A stretch of 64,000 nt of DNA from an uncultured Candidatus Saccharibacteria bacterium (GCA_964612415.1 CAZTCT010000001.1:137949-201948), one strand, 5' to 3'. Positions 1 through 10,398 are shown, counted from the stretch's first letter. The notes: generated by a model not told the origin, from the sequence alone. Translations and numbers: made by a program.

Positions 1-294
1 GAGCCCGTGTGGGCCATTGGGAAAAATGCTGAACGTCCAGCAACCCCGGAAGACGTTCTTGAAATATCAATTCTTATAAAAAAGGTGTTGGCTGACGCAT
101 ATGGACAGCAAAACGCTGAACACGTGCCCATTCTATATGGAGGTTCAGTTGACCATACCAATGCAAAGGGTTTTTTGCTTGATGGTAATGTACGAGGATT
201 GCTTGTGGGGAGAGCAAGTCTTTCGGCGCGATCATTTGGCGAGATTCTTGCCATTGCTGACTCAATAGAAGCATCTCGAAAGAAAAAGAAATAG
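1..294 (+). CDS. tpiA: Triosephosphate isomerase, C-terminal part; gene is cut by the window start (frame is open from nt 1)
   Basis: Translation YGGSVDHTNAKGFLLDGNVRGLLVGRASL matches the conserved TIM C-terminus. The reading frame is open upstream of the first Met. Confidence 0.75.
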   Translation, partial: EPVWAIGKNAERPATPEDVLEISILIKKVLADAYGQQNAEHVPILYGGSVDHTNAKGFLLDGNVRGLLVGRASLSARSFGEILAIADSIEASRKKKK

Positions 295-295
295 C

Positions 296-1456
296 ATGGA
301 AGGCGTAAAATGTATAAATGAAGCAGGAGATGTTCGGGGTAAAAAGGTTTTCGCCCGACTTGATCTAAATGTTCCCCTAGAGAATGGACGAGTAGAAGAT
401 ACTTTCCGTATCGATAAAGTGCTCCCTACGGTCCGGTATCTTATGGAGAGAGGGGCGCGTGTAATCATGGCGTCACATATTGGCGAAGAACCAAATGAAA
501 CACTGCGGCCTGTCGCTGAATATATTCAGGCACAGTTTCCAATTACTTTTATCGATGATATTTATAGCGATGACCTGAAGGATGTTGTTAAGAGTATGAC
601 CGAGGGGTCCGCTATTCTTCTTGAGAATCTTCGTTCAGCACCAGGCGAAACAAAGAACGATCCAGGGTTTTCTCGCTACTTGGCAGACCTTGCGGATATC
701 TATGTGAACGATGCATTTCCTGCAGCGCATCGTGCGCATGCGTCTATTGTTGGCATACCACAACTCATTCCAGGGTTTATGGGCTTACAGTTTAAAGACG
801 AGCTAGAGCACCTTTCAATGGCGCTTAATCCAAAACGCCCATTTCTATTTGCACTTGGAGGAGCGAAGTTTGAAACCAAAATCCCACTGATGGAGAAATT
901 TTTTGATATCGCAGATCATTTGTTTATCGGAGGAGCGCTCGCCAACGACTTTTTTAAACTCAAAGGTTATGAAATTGGGCAATCTCTCTCTGATGATGCC
1001 GGGGTTGATCTAAGGCACATGCTTGAGAGTGACAAACTTCTCCTGCCGGAAGATGTGTGGGTGATGACAGAGGCAGGCGAGAAGGAACTGCGCACACCGG
1101 GTGCGCTTTTGTCTACAGATAAAATTATGGATTCGGGGCCTAAGACTGTCGCGCGTGTCGGCGAGCTCGCAAAAAGTGCGGCGCTTGTGTTGTGGAATGG
1201 TCCGCTTGGAGAGTATGAAAAGGGTTTTGACTCGGGTACAAAAGGTCTCCTCTCTGCGCTTACCGAAAGTGGCGCAACAACCATCGTTGGTGGAGGTGAC
1301 ACTGTCGCACTTGTTCATGAAATGAAGATTGCCGACAAACTCAACTTCATCTCAACTGGAGGGGGTGCAATGCTCGATTTTCTTGCAGACGGGGAATTGC
1401 CCGGTATCGATGCGTTGGAAAAAGGACCTGCTTGGAATCCGGAGTCTACCCAATGA
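296..1456 (+). CDS. pgk: Phosphoglycerate kinase
   Basis: 386 aa with PGK hallmark motifs (hinge GGGDTVALV, GGGAMLDFL). It starts 1 nt after the tpiA stop. Confidence 0.9.
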   Translation: MEGVKCINEAGDVRGKKVFARLDLNVPLENGRVEDTFRIDKVLPTVRYLMERGARVIMASHIGEEPNETLRPVAEYIQAQFPITFIDDIYSDDLKDVVKSMTEGSAILLENLRSAPGETKNDPGFSRYLADLADIYVNDAFPAAHRAHASIVGIPQLIPGFMGLQFKDELEHLSMALNPKRPFLFALGGAKFETKIPLMEKFFDIADHLFIGGALANDFFKLKGYEIGQSLSDDAGVDLRHMLESDKLLLPEDVWVMTEAGEKELRTPGALLSTDKIMDSGPKTVARVGELAKSAALVLWNGPLGEYEKGFDSGTKGLLSALTESGATTIVGGGDTVALVHEMKIADKLNFISTGGGAMLDFLADGELPGIDALEKGPAWNPESTQ

Positions 1457-2826
1457 TTTTTTCTTTAAAAAAGACAGAGCTACTTCTTGGAGTTTTTGTC
1501 TTCCTTTTTTATACAAGTCTTCTTGCGGCGATTGTTTTGGTGGGAAATGGGCGCGGGCTTCAAGCAGAAAATGTTTTTTCCCCTGAGGGGACGGATGCTC
1601 GCGAGTACGTTTCTCTGGCTCAAACATTAGTCTCCTCGCAACGGTATGCGATATCTCCTGATAGCCCCCCAGAGTATTTCAGGAGTCCTGGATATCCTAT
1701 GTTTATTGCCCCAATCCTTTCCGTAACGGATTCAACAGCTGTTCTTATTGTTGTCCAAATACTGCTAGTATCGGTTTCTGCTGTGTTTATTTATAAAATT
1801 GCGGCGGAATTATTTTCTCATTGGGTTGGCTTGGTCACTACCCTTATCTTTGTCTTAGATCCGGCAGTTATTACAACCTCACTCGTTACCCTTACCGAGC
1901 CTCTTTTTATAGCACTACTGCTTGGTACTACATGGGTTCTATTGCGGGAACACTCAACGAGAAACGTTATTTTGGCGGGAGTGCTTATGGGGGCACTTAT
2001 CCTTACACGCCCAGTAGGGATCTTTTTGGCCCCATTGTTTGTCTGCTTACTGATATATAAGGGGAATAAGGATTTAAAGACTATTTTGATAAGGAGTGCC
2101 GCCTTTGTTGGCGTAAGTGTCGTTGTTTTTGTTCCATGGATGATTAGGAATGTGTATCTTTCTGGGCATTTTTCACTTTCTTCCATATCGACCTATAACA
2201 TGCTTTTTTACAACGTAGTTGAGTTTGAAGTACAGAAAGGAGCCCCCAAAACAGAATTCATTAAAGGTCTTCAAGAACGCCTCGGGAGCAATAGTGATTT
2301 TGAGCTTCGGTCTTTTGACTATGCCGCAGAAGAACAAGCCCTTATCCACGAGTACCTTACGGGGCATGTTTTTTCGTACGCACTATTTCATCTGACAAAA
2401 ACAGCCCCCTTCTTCTTAGGGAGTAGTCTTGATGTTGCTGAGCGGCATTTATTTGGGCTTGGGCTTTTGGATAGGGAGCCAGGACCAAGTGCAAATATAT
2501 CTGGTCTTCTAATTTCAGGGGATGTAGAGGGTGTGATGTCTTTAATGCGCGAGCATTTTTGGATAACAGGGGAAAGAATTTGTTGGCTGCTACTCACAAT
2601 ACTTGCTCTTAGTTTGCCAGTGGTTCTGTTTTTTAAAAAAGATTCTCGCGCGGCAATCGCGCTGCTCTTCTCCCTGCTAATTCTTTTGTTTGCGATACTG
2701 GCTGGCCCTGTTTCGCACCCTCGATACCGAATCCCAGCAGAACCCTTCTTGCTCATTCTTGCCTTCGGCAACATTTATGTTATTAGTAAAGCGATTTGGG
2801 CCGCGTATGCCAAGAAATTTATATGA
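1453..2826 (+). CDS. Polytopic membrane glycosyltransferase, GT-C fold (ArnT/PMT, GT83/GT39-like)
   Basis: More than 10 predicted TM helices. The first extracytoplasmic loop carries a GTDAREY motif resembling the GT-C catalytic D-x-x-E-Y. The ATGA start/stop overlaps the pgk stop. The longer upstream start at 1432 is less likely. Confidence 0.5.
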   Translation: MIFSLKKTELLLGVFVFLFYTSLLAAIVLVGNGRGLQAENVFSPEGTDAREYVSLAQTLVSSQRYAISPDSPPEYFRSPGYPMFIAPILSVTDSTAVLIVVQILLVSVSAVFIYKIAAELFSHWVGLVTTLIFVLDPAVITTSLVTLTEPLFIALLLGTTWVLLREHSTRNVILAGVLMGALILTRPVGIFLAPLFVCLLIYKGNKDLKTILIRSAAFVGVSVVVFVPWMIRNVYLSGHFSLSSISTYNMLFYNVVEFEVQKGAPKTEFIKGLQERLGSNSDFELRSFDYAAEEQALIHEYLTGHVFSYALFHLTKTAPFFLGSSLDVAERHLFGLGLLDREPGPSANISGLLISGDVEGVMSLMREHFWITGERICWLLLTILALSLPVVLFFKKDSRAAIALLFSLLILLFAILAGPVSHPRYRIPAEPFLLILAFGNIYVISKAIWAAYAKKFI

Positions 2827-3272
2827 ATACTCCAACTGACATTGTTACATCACCGGAATCTGAAAGTGGAATAACGACGACTATTATAGGCTCTCGTACT
2901 ACCCAGGAATTTGTTCGTTATTTTGCAGCATCTCTCCTTGCGCTTATAGTTGACATTGGGTCTCTTGCTTTACTAACAAGTTTTTTTCACGTCCCGTATC
3001 TTACATCAGGATGGATTGCATTTACCTTCGGGTTGACCATTGTGTATTTATTGAGCATCTTTTGGGTTTTTGAGGTGCGCAAAGTGCGAAATGTCTGGAT
3101 TGAGTTCTTTGCCTTCCTTATTATCGGAGTTGTTGGTCTTGGGATCAATGAGGTAATTCTCTGGGTCTTTACAGGTCTTCTTGGGTTTTTCTACCTTATA
3201 TCAAAAATCGGAAGTGTAATTGTTGTTTTCACATGGAATTTTTTTGCACGTAAATTTTTGCTTTTCCAATAA
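2823..3272 (+). CDS. GtrA-like small membrane protein (polysaccharide-synthesis associated)
   Basis: About 150 aa with four hydrophobic helices and a GtrA-family-like layout. ATGA overlap with the upstream GT-C gene suggests translational coupling. Confidence 0.45.
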   Translation: MNTPTDIVTSPESESGITTTIIGSRTTQEFVRYFAASLLALIVDIGSLALLTSFFHVPYLTSGWIAFTFGLTIVYLLSIFWVFEVRKVRNVWIEFFAFLIIGVVGLGINEVILWVFTGLLGFFYLISKIGSVIVVFTWNFFARKFLLFQ

Positions 3273-3273
3273 T

Positions 3274-4839
3274 ATGACTAGCGATAATCAAAAAAAGAAA
3301 ACAGCTGTCATTATTGGTGGTGGGCCCGCTGGGCTGACAGCAGCATATGAGCTTCTCCTTCGAACAGACATAAAGCCAATCATCCTAGAGCGCGACCCTA
3401 AGTATGTTGGAGGGATTTCCAGGACCGTTGATTATAAAGGGAACAAGATTGATATTGGGGGCCACCGGTTTTTTTCAAAATCAGATCGCATCATGCAGTG
3501 GTGGGCAGAAATGCTTCCAATTCGGTTCAAAGAAGGATCTTCGGATATTACTTACCAACGGACTACGCGCGCACTTACAGAAGGGCTTGCCATGGCAAAT
3601 GACTCACATGGAGAAAATGTGATGCATGTTCGCCCGCGAAAGACTCGCATTTTGTACGGGAATAATTTCTATGCATATCCGGTGGAGCTTTCTTGGGATA
3701 CGCTGCGTAAGTTAGGGCCGATAAAAGTCTTTAAAATTGGCGTAACATATACATGGTCCACACTTTTCCCTCGGAAGCCGGAGAAGACTCTAGAAGATTT
3801 TTTCATCAATAGGTTTGGAGAGGAACTTTATAAAACATTTTTCAAATCATATACGGAGAAGGTGTGGGGTGTTTCGTGCAGTGAATTGTCTGCCGAATGG
3901 GGCGCACAGCGGGTCAAAGGTCTTTCTATAAAGAAGGTAATCACACATGCGCTTAAAAAGGTGTTTTCATTTGGGCCTCTTTCAGGGAAGTCTGTTGAGA
4001 CATCGCTTATTGAACAATTTCTTTATCCAGCGTATGGGCCTGGTTTTATGTGGGAAACGGTTGCAAAAAATATCAAACAACTTGGCGGAGAGATATACAT
4101 GGGCGCTGATGTGGTGCGCTTAGATCACAAGGAGATGAAAGTGGTAGATGTCTTGTGTAAAGTCGATGGGCGGGGGCAGTCTTTCCACGCAGATTATGTC
4201 TTTTCTAGTACAGATATAAAGACCCTTTCAAAAATTATGTCACCATCTGTGCCACAGTCAGTCAAAGAAGTATCTGACGGTCTTGAATATCGAGATTTTA
4301 TTACAGTTGGGCTTCTATTAGAAAGACCCCCTCAAGAAAAAAATGGAGAGCCTATCTCTGACACATGGATGTATATTCATGAACCAGGCGTGTCGGTGGG
4401 GAGAATTCAGTTCTTTCACAACTGGGACCCACTTCTCCTTGCCTCACCAGAGAATGGGTGGGTTGGGCTTGAGTTCTTTTGCGCCGAAGGAGATGCTTTG
4501 TGGAGTATGAAGGACGAGCATCTGGCTAAACTTGCAACAAAGGAGTTTATGCAATTAGGGCTTTGCGAAAATAATGTGGTCTTAGACACGGTTGTTATTC
4601 GACAGCCAAAAGCGTATCCTGGGTATTTTGGGAGCTATACTCAATTTTCTGAAATAAGAGATTACTTTGATAAATTCAATAACCTGTTCCTTGTAGGGAG
4701 AAATGGGATGCATCGTTATAACAATCAAGATCATTCAATGCTTGCCGCAATGGCCGCGGTGGACTTCATATTGGGGAATGTTGAAAGGGAAGCAATCTGG
4801 AGTGTAAATACTGAAGAGAGCTACCACGAAACCAAATAG
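3274..4839 (+). CDS. FAD/NAD(P)-binding oxidoreductase (amine-oxidase / UDP-galactopyranose-mutase-like Rossmann fold)
   Basis: N-terminal dinucleotide-binding motif [16 protein letters not shown]. 521 aa. Co-located with glycosyltransferase genes. Confidence 0.55.
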   Translation: MTSDNQKKKTAVIIGGGPAGLTAAYELLLRTDIKPIILERDPKYVGGISRTVDYKGNKIDIGGHRFFSKSDRIMQWWAEMLPIRFKEGSSDITYQRTTRALTEGLAMANDSHGENVMHVRPRKTRILYGNNFYAYPVELSWDTLRKLGPIKVFKIGVTYTWSTLFPRKPEKTLEDFFINRFGEELYKTFFKSYTEKVWGVSCSELSAEWGAQRVKGLSIKKVITHALKKVFSFGPLSGKSVETSLIEQFLYPAYGPGFMWETVAKNIKQLGGEIYMGADVVRLDHKEMKVVDVLCKVDGRGQSFHADYVFSSTDIKTLSKIMSPSVPQSVKEVSDGLEYRDFITVGLLLERPPQEKNGEPISDTWMYIHEPGVSVGRIQFFHNWDPLLLASPENGWVGLEFFCAEGDALWSMKDEHLAKLATKEFMQLGLCENNVVLDTVVIRQPKAYPGYFGSYTQFSEIRDYFDKFNNLFLVGRNGMHRYNNQDHSMLAAMAAVDFILGNVEREAIWSVNTEESYHETK

Positions 4840-4852
4840 AACAAAAAACAAA

Positions 4853-4873
4853 GCCACCTGGTTTCAGGTGGCT
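4853..4873. terminator. Hairpin gccacctg-gtttc-aggtggc between convergent genes; putative bidirectional terminator
   Basis: Perfect 7-8 bp inverted repeat, A/T-flanked, lying between the 3' ends of the 3274-4839(+) and 4902-5882(-) genes. Confidence 0.4.
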
Positions 4874-4901
4874 GTAAAATATAAAGCAAAAATTGGTAGA
4901 A

Positions 4902-5882
4902 CTATTTTTGCAATGTTCTGCCAGAGGACCATAAAGGGGGACAGTTTAGCATCCATCTTCCTGCGGGCCAATTTCTCATGTGTAGCACCATCAAGGAAAC
5001 ATTAGATGTGCCATTCCCCAGAAAGAACTGGGCTTGTGAAGCCAGGAGGGTGTCAATCATGACCTCTTGCCCAAGTTCTACTCCAGATGCATACAAATGG
5101 TGTGAGCCTGTGTTGTTGCATGTACGCTTACAGTCTGTCGCGATAACTCGAGCACCGAAGTGCTGTCGTGTTATATCAAGCCACCTGGTATCATCCGTGA
5201 GTAAGAAAATCTTCACTTCCTGCGGGACTGTTTTGAGCACCTTCATGCCAGACATGTTGACGTCATTGATATTTGGCACCTCGGTGAATTTGTCCGATCC
5301 ACGAATGTGTACGGCAGCATAGGGCCCTTGAAGATTCTCCTGTCGGAAGATGTTTGCCCTAGCTACGATTTCCTGGCGGGGGCGCAAATATTTGGCGGTT
5401 AACCAACGGTAAATTTCTCCGGGATCTTTTTGGTACATCACGTGAGTAGGCGGGATGTGGGGTATCAAATCTACAACTCCAACGAAGAAATCGCAGACCG
5501 CGACTTCTTCATCTTGACCCAGATAGCTTTCGGGCTGCATTCTTGAATGGGGACCTGCCCATTTGGAGACTTCCTCAGTCAGATTCTCTTTGCTCCATTT
5601 GGGCGGGAAGAAATCCCCGTCCGGGATGTTGTTGATACCGGAAGAGTTGATTGGCTCGTAAAAATTTTCAAAACCTCCGAACAGACTGCTTCCTTCCCAA
5701 TGAATGACCGGAATGCGCTCTGTGATCTCTGCGAGCAGTAACGCTCCGAGTGTTGCGAAGACATCGCTGTAGAAACCACACCCCCAGCTTTTAATCAGGA
5801 GGTAGCCGTTATTTGTAGTGCTTTTGCGACGGGGAGTTGCTGACCGTAGTGAATCCGAGGTGAAACTTCTTTGTGCTTTCAC
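4902..5882 (-). CDS. Putative glycosyltransferase, fucosyltransferase-like (GT11/GT23-type HxRRGD motif family)
   Basis: Motif AVHIRGSDK resembles the HVRRGDY motif of alpha-1,2 and alpha-1,6 fucosyltransferases. The C-terminal DTLLASQAQFFLGNGTSNVS resembles GT11 motif III. The call rests on motifs only. Confidence 0.35.
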   Translation of the reverse strand: MKAQRSFTSDSLRSATPRRKSTTNNGYLLIKSWGCGFYSDVFATLGALLLAEITERIPVIHWEGSSLFGGFENFYEPINSSGINNIPDGDFFPPKWSKENLTEEVSKWAGPHSRMQPESYLGQDEEVAVCDFFVGVVDLIPHIPPTHVMYQKDPGEIYRWLTAKYLRPRQEIVARANIFRQENLQGPYAAVHIRGSDKFTEVPNINDVNMSGMKVLKTVPQEVKIFLLTDDTRWLDITRQHFGARVIATDCKRTCNNTGSHHLYASGVELGQEVMIDTLLASQAQFFLGNGTSNVSLMVLHMRNWPAGRWMLNCPPLWSSGRTLQK

Positions 5883-5992
5883 GTGGCTCTCCTTTAGGCA
5901 ATATTGCCAAGATATGTGAATGATCTTCTTTTACAATCATAGCAAAAAAATGGTGCTTTGTCAATGTTAGATGGAGTTAATTGATTCACTTT

Positions 5993-6400
5993 TTATAGAA
6001 GTTCGCGGATTTTTTGTGCAGTTTTTTCCATCTCTCCTTCTTTGTAAGGTGATCCTACCCAATGGGTGTGGCCGTCATCTTTATGGCGAGTTATCACATG
6101 AAAGTGAGCATGAAAAATAAGTTGCCCAGCATAGCCCCCGTTGTTCATGTGAATATTTATGCCGTCTGCATTCACTGCCTCTTTTGCTGCTGCAGCAAGT
6201 TTTTTTAAAATTGGAGCCATGTGAGATAAATCCTCATCAGGGATTTCGTGGAGATTTGCGTAGTGCTCCTTTGGGATTAAAAGTATGTGCCCGGGGTTTA
6301 CTGGTTTTATATCAAGGAACGCGTAGGATTTTTCGTCCTCATACACTTTTTCGCTTGGGGTTTCTCCGGCAACAATCTTGCAAAAGAGGCAATCATTCAT
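5993..6400 (-). CDS. HIT-family (histidine triad) nucleotide hydrolase
   Basis: Histidine triad HAHFHVI. Conserved N-terminus MNDCLFCKI starts at an internal Met (ATG at 6400-6398). The longer ORF-track start at 6559 would overlap recJ. Confidence 0.8.
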   Translation of the reverse strand: MNDCLFCKIVAGETPSEKVYEDEKSYAFLDIKPVNPGHILLIPKEHYANLHEIPDEDLSHMAPILKKLAAAAKEAVNADGINIHMNNGGYAGQLIFHAHFHVITRHKDDGHTHWVGSPYKEGEMEKTAQKIRELL

Positions 6401-6428
6401 AGGGTGATTGTATGCTAAAATGTGATGC

Positions 6429-8150
6429 ATGAAAAGTGCTTCAAAGCGCGTCTCTCCTTCAAAAGCGGCAAAGGAAGAGTTCATTGAGTATCCTCCATTA
6501 TTGCGCGACCTTCTCATAAAGAGAGGAATCGCTACACGAGAAGATGCGGAAGTTTTCATGGCTCCTAATTACGATCGTGACGTGTACGATCCATTTCTCA
6601 TTAAAGGAATGGAAAAGGCGGTTTCCCGTATTCTTGCTGGGATTAGAGCGCAGGAGCGCATTATTATTTATAGTGACTACGATGCCGACGGAATCCCTGG
6701 GGGAGTAATTCTGCATGACTTTTTTCAAAAGATCGGGTACGAAAATTTTGGAAACTATATTCCCGATAGACACACAGAAGGATACGGGCTCAATCATGAA
6801 GCGCTTACCTCTTTTAAAAAAGATAATGCGACGCTCATTATTACCGTAGACTGCGGCATTGCTGATGTTGAAGAAGTTGCATTTGCACAAGACAATGGCA
6901 TGGACGTCATCGTAACCGACCACCATCTTCCGCAGGAAGTTCTGCCAAAAGCATTTGTTATTCTCAACTCAAAACAAGAAGATGATACGTATCCATTCAA
7001 AGAGCTAGCTGGCGCAGGCGTTGCATACAAATTAGTGCAGGCACTTGTTGAAAAAGGAAGAGAAGAGAAATTATTTGACGTGCCGGTGGGGTGGGAGAAG
7101 TGGCTCCTTGATATGGCAGGTATCGCTACGATCTCTGATATGGTGCCGCTAAAAGGAGAGAACAGGGCTCTTGCGCACTTTGGGCTGCATGTATTGCGGA
7201 AGAGCAGACGTCCTGGGTTGAAAAAACTTCTTTCAAAACTGAAAATTAATCAGAGAGATATCACGGAAGACGACATTTCATTTATGGTTGCTCCTCGCAT
7301 CAACGCAGCGAGCAGAATGGATGTTCCGTTTGAAGCATTCAGATTATTTGCTACACAAAATGACGATCTCGCAGCAGAACTTGCTGATCACCTGCATCAT
7401 ATTAATGATATGCGCAAAGGTCTCGTTGCTTCTATTGTGAAAGAAGCGCGCAAGACTCTTGGGAAAAGAGAGGAAAAAAATATTATCGTCATCGGAGATC
7501 CAAATTGGCGTCCGGGCATACTTGGGCTTGTCGCAACACGCCTTGTTGAGGATTTTAAGAAACCCGCATTCGTGTGGGGTGGTGGGGAGAGTGGGCATCT
7601 CAAAGGATCGTGTCGCTCTGATGGGACGGTCAATGTGGTTGAGCTCATGACACAAGTCTCCGCAGGCACCTTTGTTGATGTAGGCGGACATGAGTTTTCA
7701 GGGGGATTTTCTGTTTCACGTGAGCGCGTGCATTTTCTTGAGGAAGAACTTATTCGTGTATATGACTCGGTCAAGAAGTCTACTTCCCACACACCGCTCT
7801 ACAATATAGATGCGGAGCTCCCAGTTTCTGCGGTTACATGGGATACCTATGCATCAATAGAGAAACTTGCTCCGTTTGGTGTGGGGAACCCGAAGCCGGT
7901 CTTTATGTTTCGCGATGTGACGGTAGAGAGTGTCGCTTTCTTTGGAAAAGAACGCAATCATGTGCGCCTTAAAGTTTCTTCTGGAAACGCGCGCTCAGAT
8001 GCAATTGGCTTCTTCTTTCAGAAAGAACTTTTCCCTGAAGTTTCTTTTGAGAAGGGCGCGCGTATCCATCTTGTTGGATCAATAGAAAAATCAACTTTTG
8101 GATCTCGTCGGGAATTGCGTCTACGCATCGTAGATGTTTTGCCGAATTAG
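6429..8150 (+). CDS. recJ: Single-stranded-DNA-specific exonuclease RecJ
   Basis: DHH motif (VIVTDHHLP), a DHHA1-like C-terminal region and a GGGH-like motif. 573 aa. Confidence 0.85.
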   Translation: MKSASKRVSPSKAAKEEFIEYPPLLRDLLIKRGIATREDAEVFMAPNYDRDVYDPFLIKGMEKAVSRILAGIRAQERIIIYSDYDADGIPGGVILHDFFQKIGYENFGNYIPDRHTEGYGLNHEALTSFKKDNATLIITVDCGIADVEEVAFAQDNGMDVIVTDHHLPQEVLPKAFVILNSKQEDDTYPFKELAGAGVAYKLVQALVEKGREEKLFDVPVGWEKWLLDMAGIATISDMVPLKGENRALAHFGLHVLRKSRRPGLKKLLSKLKINQRDITEDDISFMVAPRINAASRMDVPFEAFRLFATQNDDLAAELADHLHHINDMRKGLVASIVKEARKTLGKREEKNIIVIGDPNWRPGILGLVATRLVEDFKKPAFVWGGGESGHLKGSCRSDGTVNVVELMTQVSAGTFVDVGGHEFSGGFSVSRERVHFLEEELIRVYDSVKKSTSHTPLYNIDAELPVSAVTWDTYASIEKLAPFGVGNPKPVFMFRDVTVESVAFFGKERNHVRLKVSSGNARSDAIGFFFQKELFPEVSFEKGARIHLVGSIEKSTFGSRRELRLRIVDVLPN

Positions 8151-8181
8151 TAATGTAGCAGAAATGGTATAGTGTACGGCA

Positions 8182-8895
8182 ATGGAAATATCAAAAAACA
8201 TTATTGCGTATGCGGATGGGAGCTCACTTGGCAATCCTGGCCCAGGAGGATGGGGAGCTCTTGTCTATAAACCAGACACACAGGAAGTAGCAGAGCTTGG
8301 CGGTAGAGATGAGCACACGACAAACAACAGAATGGAGCTTACTGCAGCAATCTCCGCGCTTGTTGAAATCGGAGAAACTTCGTTGCCGATAATTCTCCAT
8401 TCGGATTCTTCATATGTAATAAATGGCATTACAAAATGGGTTTCAGGATGGATGAAGCGTGACTGGATAACAGCCCAAAAAACTCCTGTGCAGAATGTTG
8501 ATCTATGGAAAGAACTTGTGGATGTGTGCGAAGGGAAAAATATTTCATGGCGACATGTTGCTGGACATTCAGGACTACCTGGCAATGAGCGTGCAGATCG
8601 TATTGCGGCTTCTTTCGCGGAGGGGAAGAAAGACGCATTATATCGAGGCCCTATGAAAGGCTACCCCATTGATGTTACGGATGTTTCTTATGACAAGAGC
8701 AAGCAAGATACTCGTGCACGAAGCAAAGCCCGTGCGTACTCGTATGTAAGTCTCGTTGATGGAGTGATCATGCGACATGCTACATGGGATGAATGCAAGC
8801 AACGCGTTGAAGGGAAGGGGAATGTACGTTTCAAAAAAACTTTAGACGCAAAAGACGAAGCTCGCCTTATGAAGGAGTGGCAGAGGACTGTTTAA
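8182..8895 (+). CDS. rnhA: Ribonuclease HI with an approximately 85-aa C-terminal extension
   Basis: ADGSSLGNPGPGGWGAL...TNNRMELTAAISAL...HSGLPGNERAD is canonical RNase H type 1. The extra basic C-terminal tail is not part of the canonical domain. Confidence 0.85.
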   Translation: MEISKNIIAYADGSSLGNPGPGGWGALVYKPDTQEVAELGGRDEHTTNNRMELTAAISALVEIGETSLPIILHSDSSYVINGITKWVSGWMKRDWITAQKTPVQNVDLWKELVDVCEGKNISWRHVAGHSGLPGNERADRIAASFAEGKKDALYRGPMKGYPIDVTDVSYDKSKQDTRARSKARAYSYVSLVDGVIMRHATWDECKQRVEGKGNVRFKKTLDAKDEARLMKEWQRTV

Positions 8896-8898
8896 AGT

Positions 8899-10398
8899 AT
8901 GAAGACAAGCAGGCTCATTCTCCTGTTTGTCATGTTCCTCGGGGGAGTGGTCGCAAGTTTTGTTTTTGATGCGGATGTATATATAGGCGCCTTTGGGTTT
9001 TTGCTCGGGGGCGCTCTTTTTGTGTACGGGAAGATGGTTCGTGTGGGCAGCGTTTTATTTGTTTCATCACTTTTCATACTTTTCTCTGTCGGTGTCTTTC
9101 GTACGGGGATGATTCACTGGACAGAAAGAAGCGCTCTGCTTGATGAACAAGTGGGGGCGGAGATTATTTTGGAAGGAGTTATTGATGATGAGCCTGATGT
9201 AAGAGCAGGGCGTACTATTTTGGTATTCAAGCCGCAATCAATTCAGGAAGGAGGAAGAGATGTAGACATACAAAATCAGAAGAGGAGTCGGGTTAGGGTG
9301 TACGTTGATCCATATCCGCAATGGCGCTATGGGGAACATGTGCGGTTGCAAGGAGTTCTGGAATTCCCAGAAAATTTTGAGAGTGACACAGGTCGTACTT
9401 TCAACTATGTCTCCTATCTTGCAAAAGACGGTATCTTCTATCAAATGTATCGTCCGCAAGTTACAAGTGTTGGTGAGACAAACAAGCGTTCGATTAAAAG
9501 TGTTTTGTTTTCAATCAAAGCTACCCTCGTTGAGAAAGTAAATGAAGTTCTTCCAGAGCCAGAGAGCTCACTTGCTGGCGGCATTACTTTGGGCGCGAAG
9601 TCATCGCTTGGTGAAGATCTGCTCGATAAGTTTCGTATCACGGGGATTATTCATATTGTAGTTTTGTCTGGGTACAACATCACTATTGTTGCGGATTCAA
9701 TCATGAGAGTTCTAGGGATTTTGCCCAGAATGTTTTCACTTTTGGCGGGGTCAATTGGGGTTGTGTTGTTTGCGATTATGACAGGAGCTGGCGCTACTGT
9801 GGTAAGGGCATCTATCATGGCGCTTCTTGTCGTCATTGCGCGTGCAACTGGGCGAGTGCATGAAACGGGACGCATACTGCTCTTTGCAGCTGCAGCGATG
9901 GTGTTATGGAATCCATACATACTTTTATTTGATCCATCGTTTCAACTTTCATTTGTTGCTACGCTTGGTCTCATTTACCTTTCACCAGTACTTGAGCGCG
10001 CCTTTTCCAAAATCCCAAAGCGTTTTGATTTACGCGCAATTGCCTCTGCGACAATAGCCGCACAGATTGCTGTGTTGCCGCTTCTTCTTTATCAGAGCGG
10101 CATCTTCTCGACTGTCTCATTGCCAGTGAACATGCTTATCTTGCCATTTGTTCCGCTTGCCATGCTCGCAAGTTTTCTCGCCGCAATGTGTGGTTTCATT
10201 GGTGTGGCCTTTGCCTTTCCATTTGGGCTGATTGCGTACTCACTTCTTGCTTATATGTTTGGGGTCGTGGAATTCTTTGCCGGAGTTCCGTTTTCTGCAA
10301 TCACCATTCCTACATTTCCTCTGTGGGCCGTATTTGCCTCGTATGGACTCCTCGCTATTTTGCTCGTGCGTATATATAGACCAACGTCCAAAAATTAA
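8899..10398 (+). CDS. comEC: ComEC/Rec2-family DNA-uptake channel, membrane part (DUF4131 plus competence domain); no fused MBL domain
   Basis: N-terminal TM, an OB-like periplasmic segment, then about 8 TM helices typical of the ComEC competence domain. The ORF stops before any beta-lactamase domain. Confidence 0.7.
   Translation: MKTSRLILLFVMFLGGVVASFVFDADVYIGAFGFLLGGALFVYGKMVRVGSVLFVSSLFILFSVGVFRTGMIHWTERSALLDEQVGAEIILEGVIDDEPDVRAGRTILVFKPQSIQEGGRDVDIQNQKRSRVRVYVDPYPQWRYGEHVRLQGVLEFPENFESDTGRTFNYVSYLAKDGIFYQMYRPQVTSVGETNKRSIKSVLFSIKATLVEKVNEVLPEPESSLAGGITLGAKSSLGEDLLDKFRITGIIHIVVLSGYNITIVADSIMRVLGILPRMFSLLAGSIGVVLFAIMTGAGATVVRASIMALLVVIARATGRVHETGRILLFAAAAMVLWNPYILLFDPSFQLSFVATLGLIYLSPVLERAFSKIPKRFDLRAIASATIAAQIAVLPLLLYQSGIFSTVSLPVNMLILPFVPLAMLASFLAAMCGFIGVAFAFPFGLIAYSLLAYMFGVVEFFAGVPFSAITIPTFPLWAVFASYGLLAILLVRIYRPTSKN

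Noticed and set aside
967-1318. Two minus-strand ORFs (111 and 102 aa) inside pgk
   Set aside because: Antisense shadows of a well-supported conserved gene. No SD and no coherent protein features.
5993-6559. Longer 188-aa version of the HIT ORF starting at 6559
   Set aside because: The N-terminal 53 residues are non-conserved and would overlap the recJ start. The canonical HIT N-terminus (MNDCLFCKI) begins at the internal ATG at 6400.
6498-7792. Several minus-strand ORFs (142, 78, 115 and 131 aa) inside recJ
   Set aside because: Shadow ORFs of recJ with low-complexity translations. The recJ reading frame carries the DHH/DHHA1 motifs.
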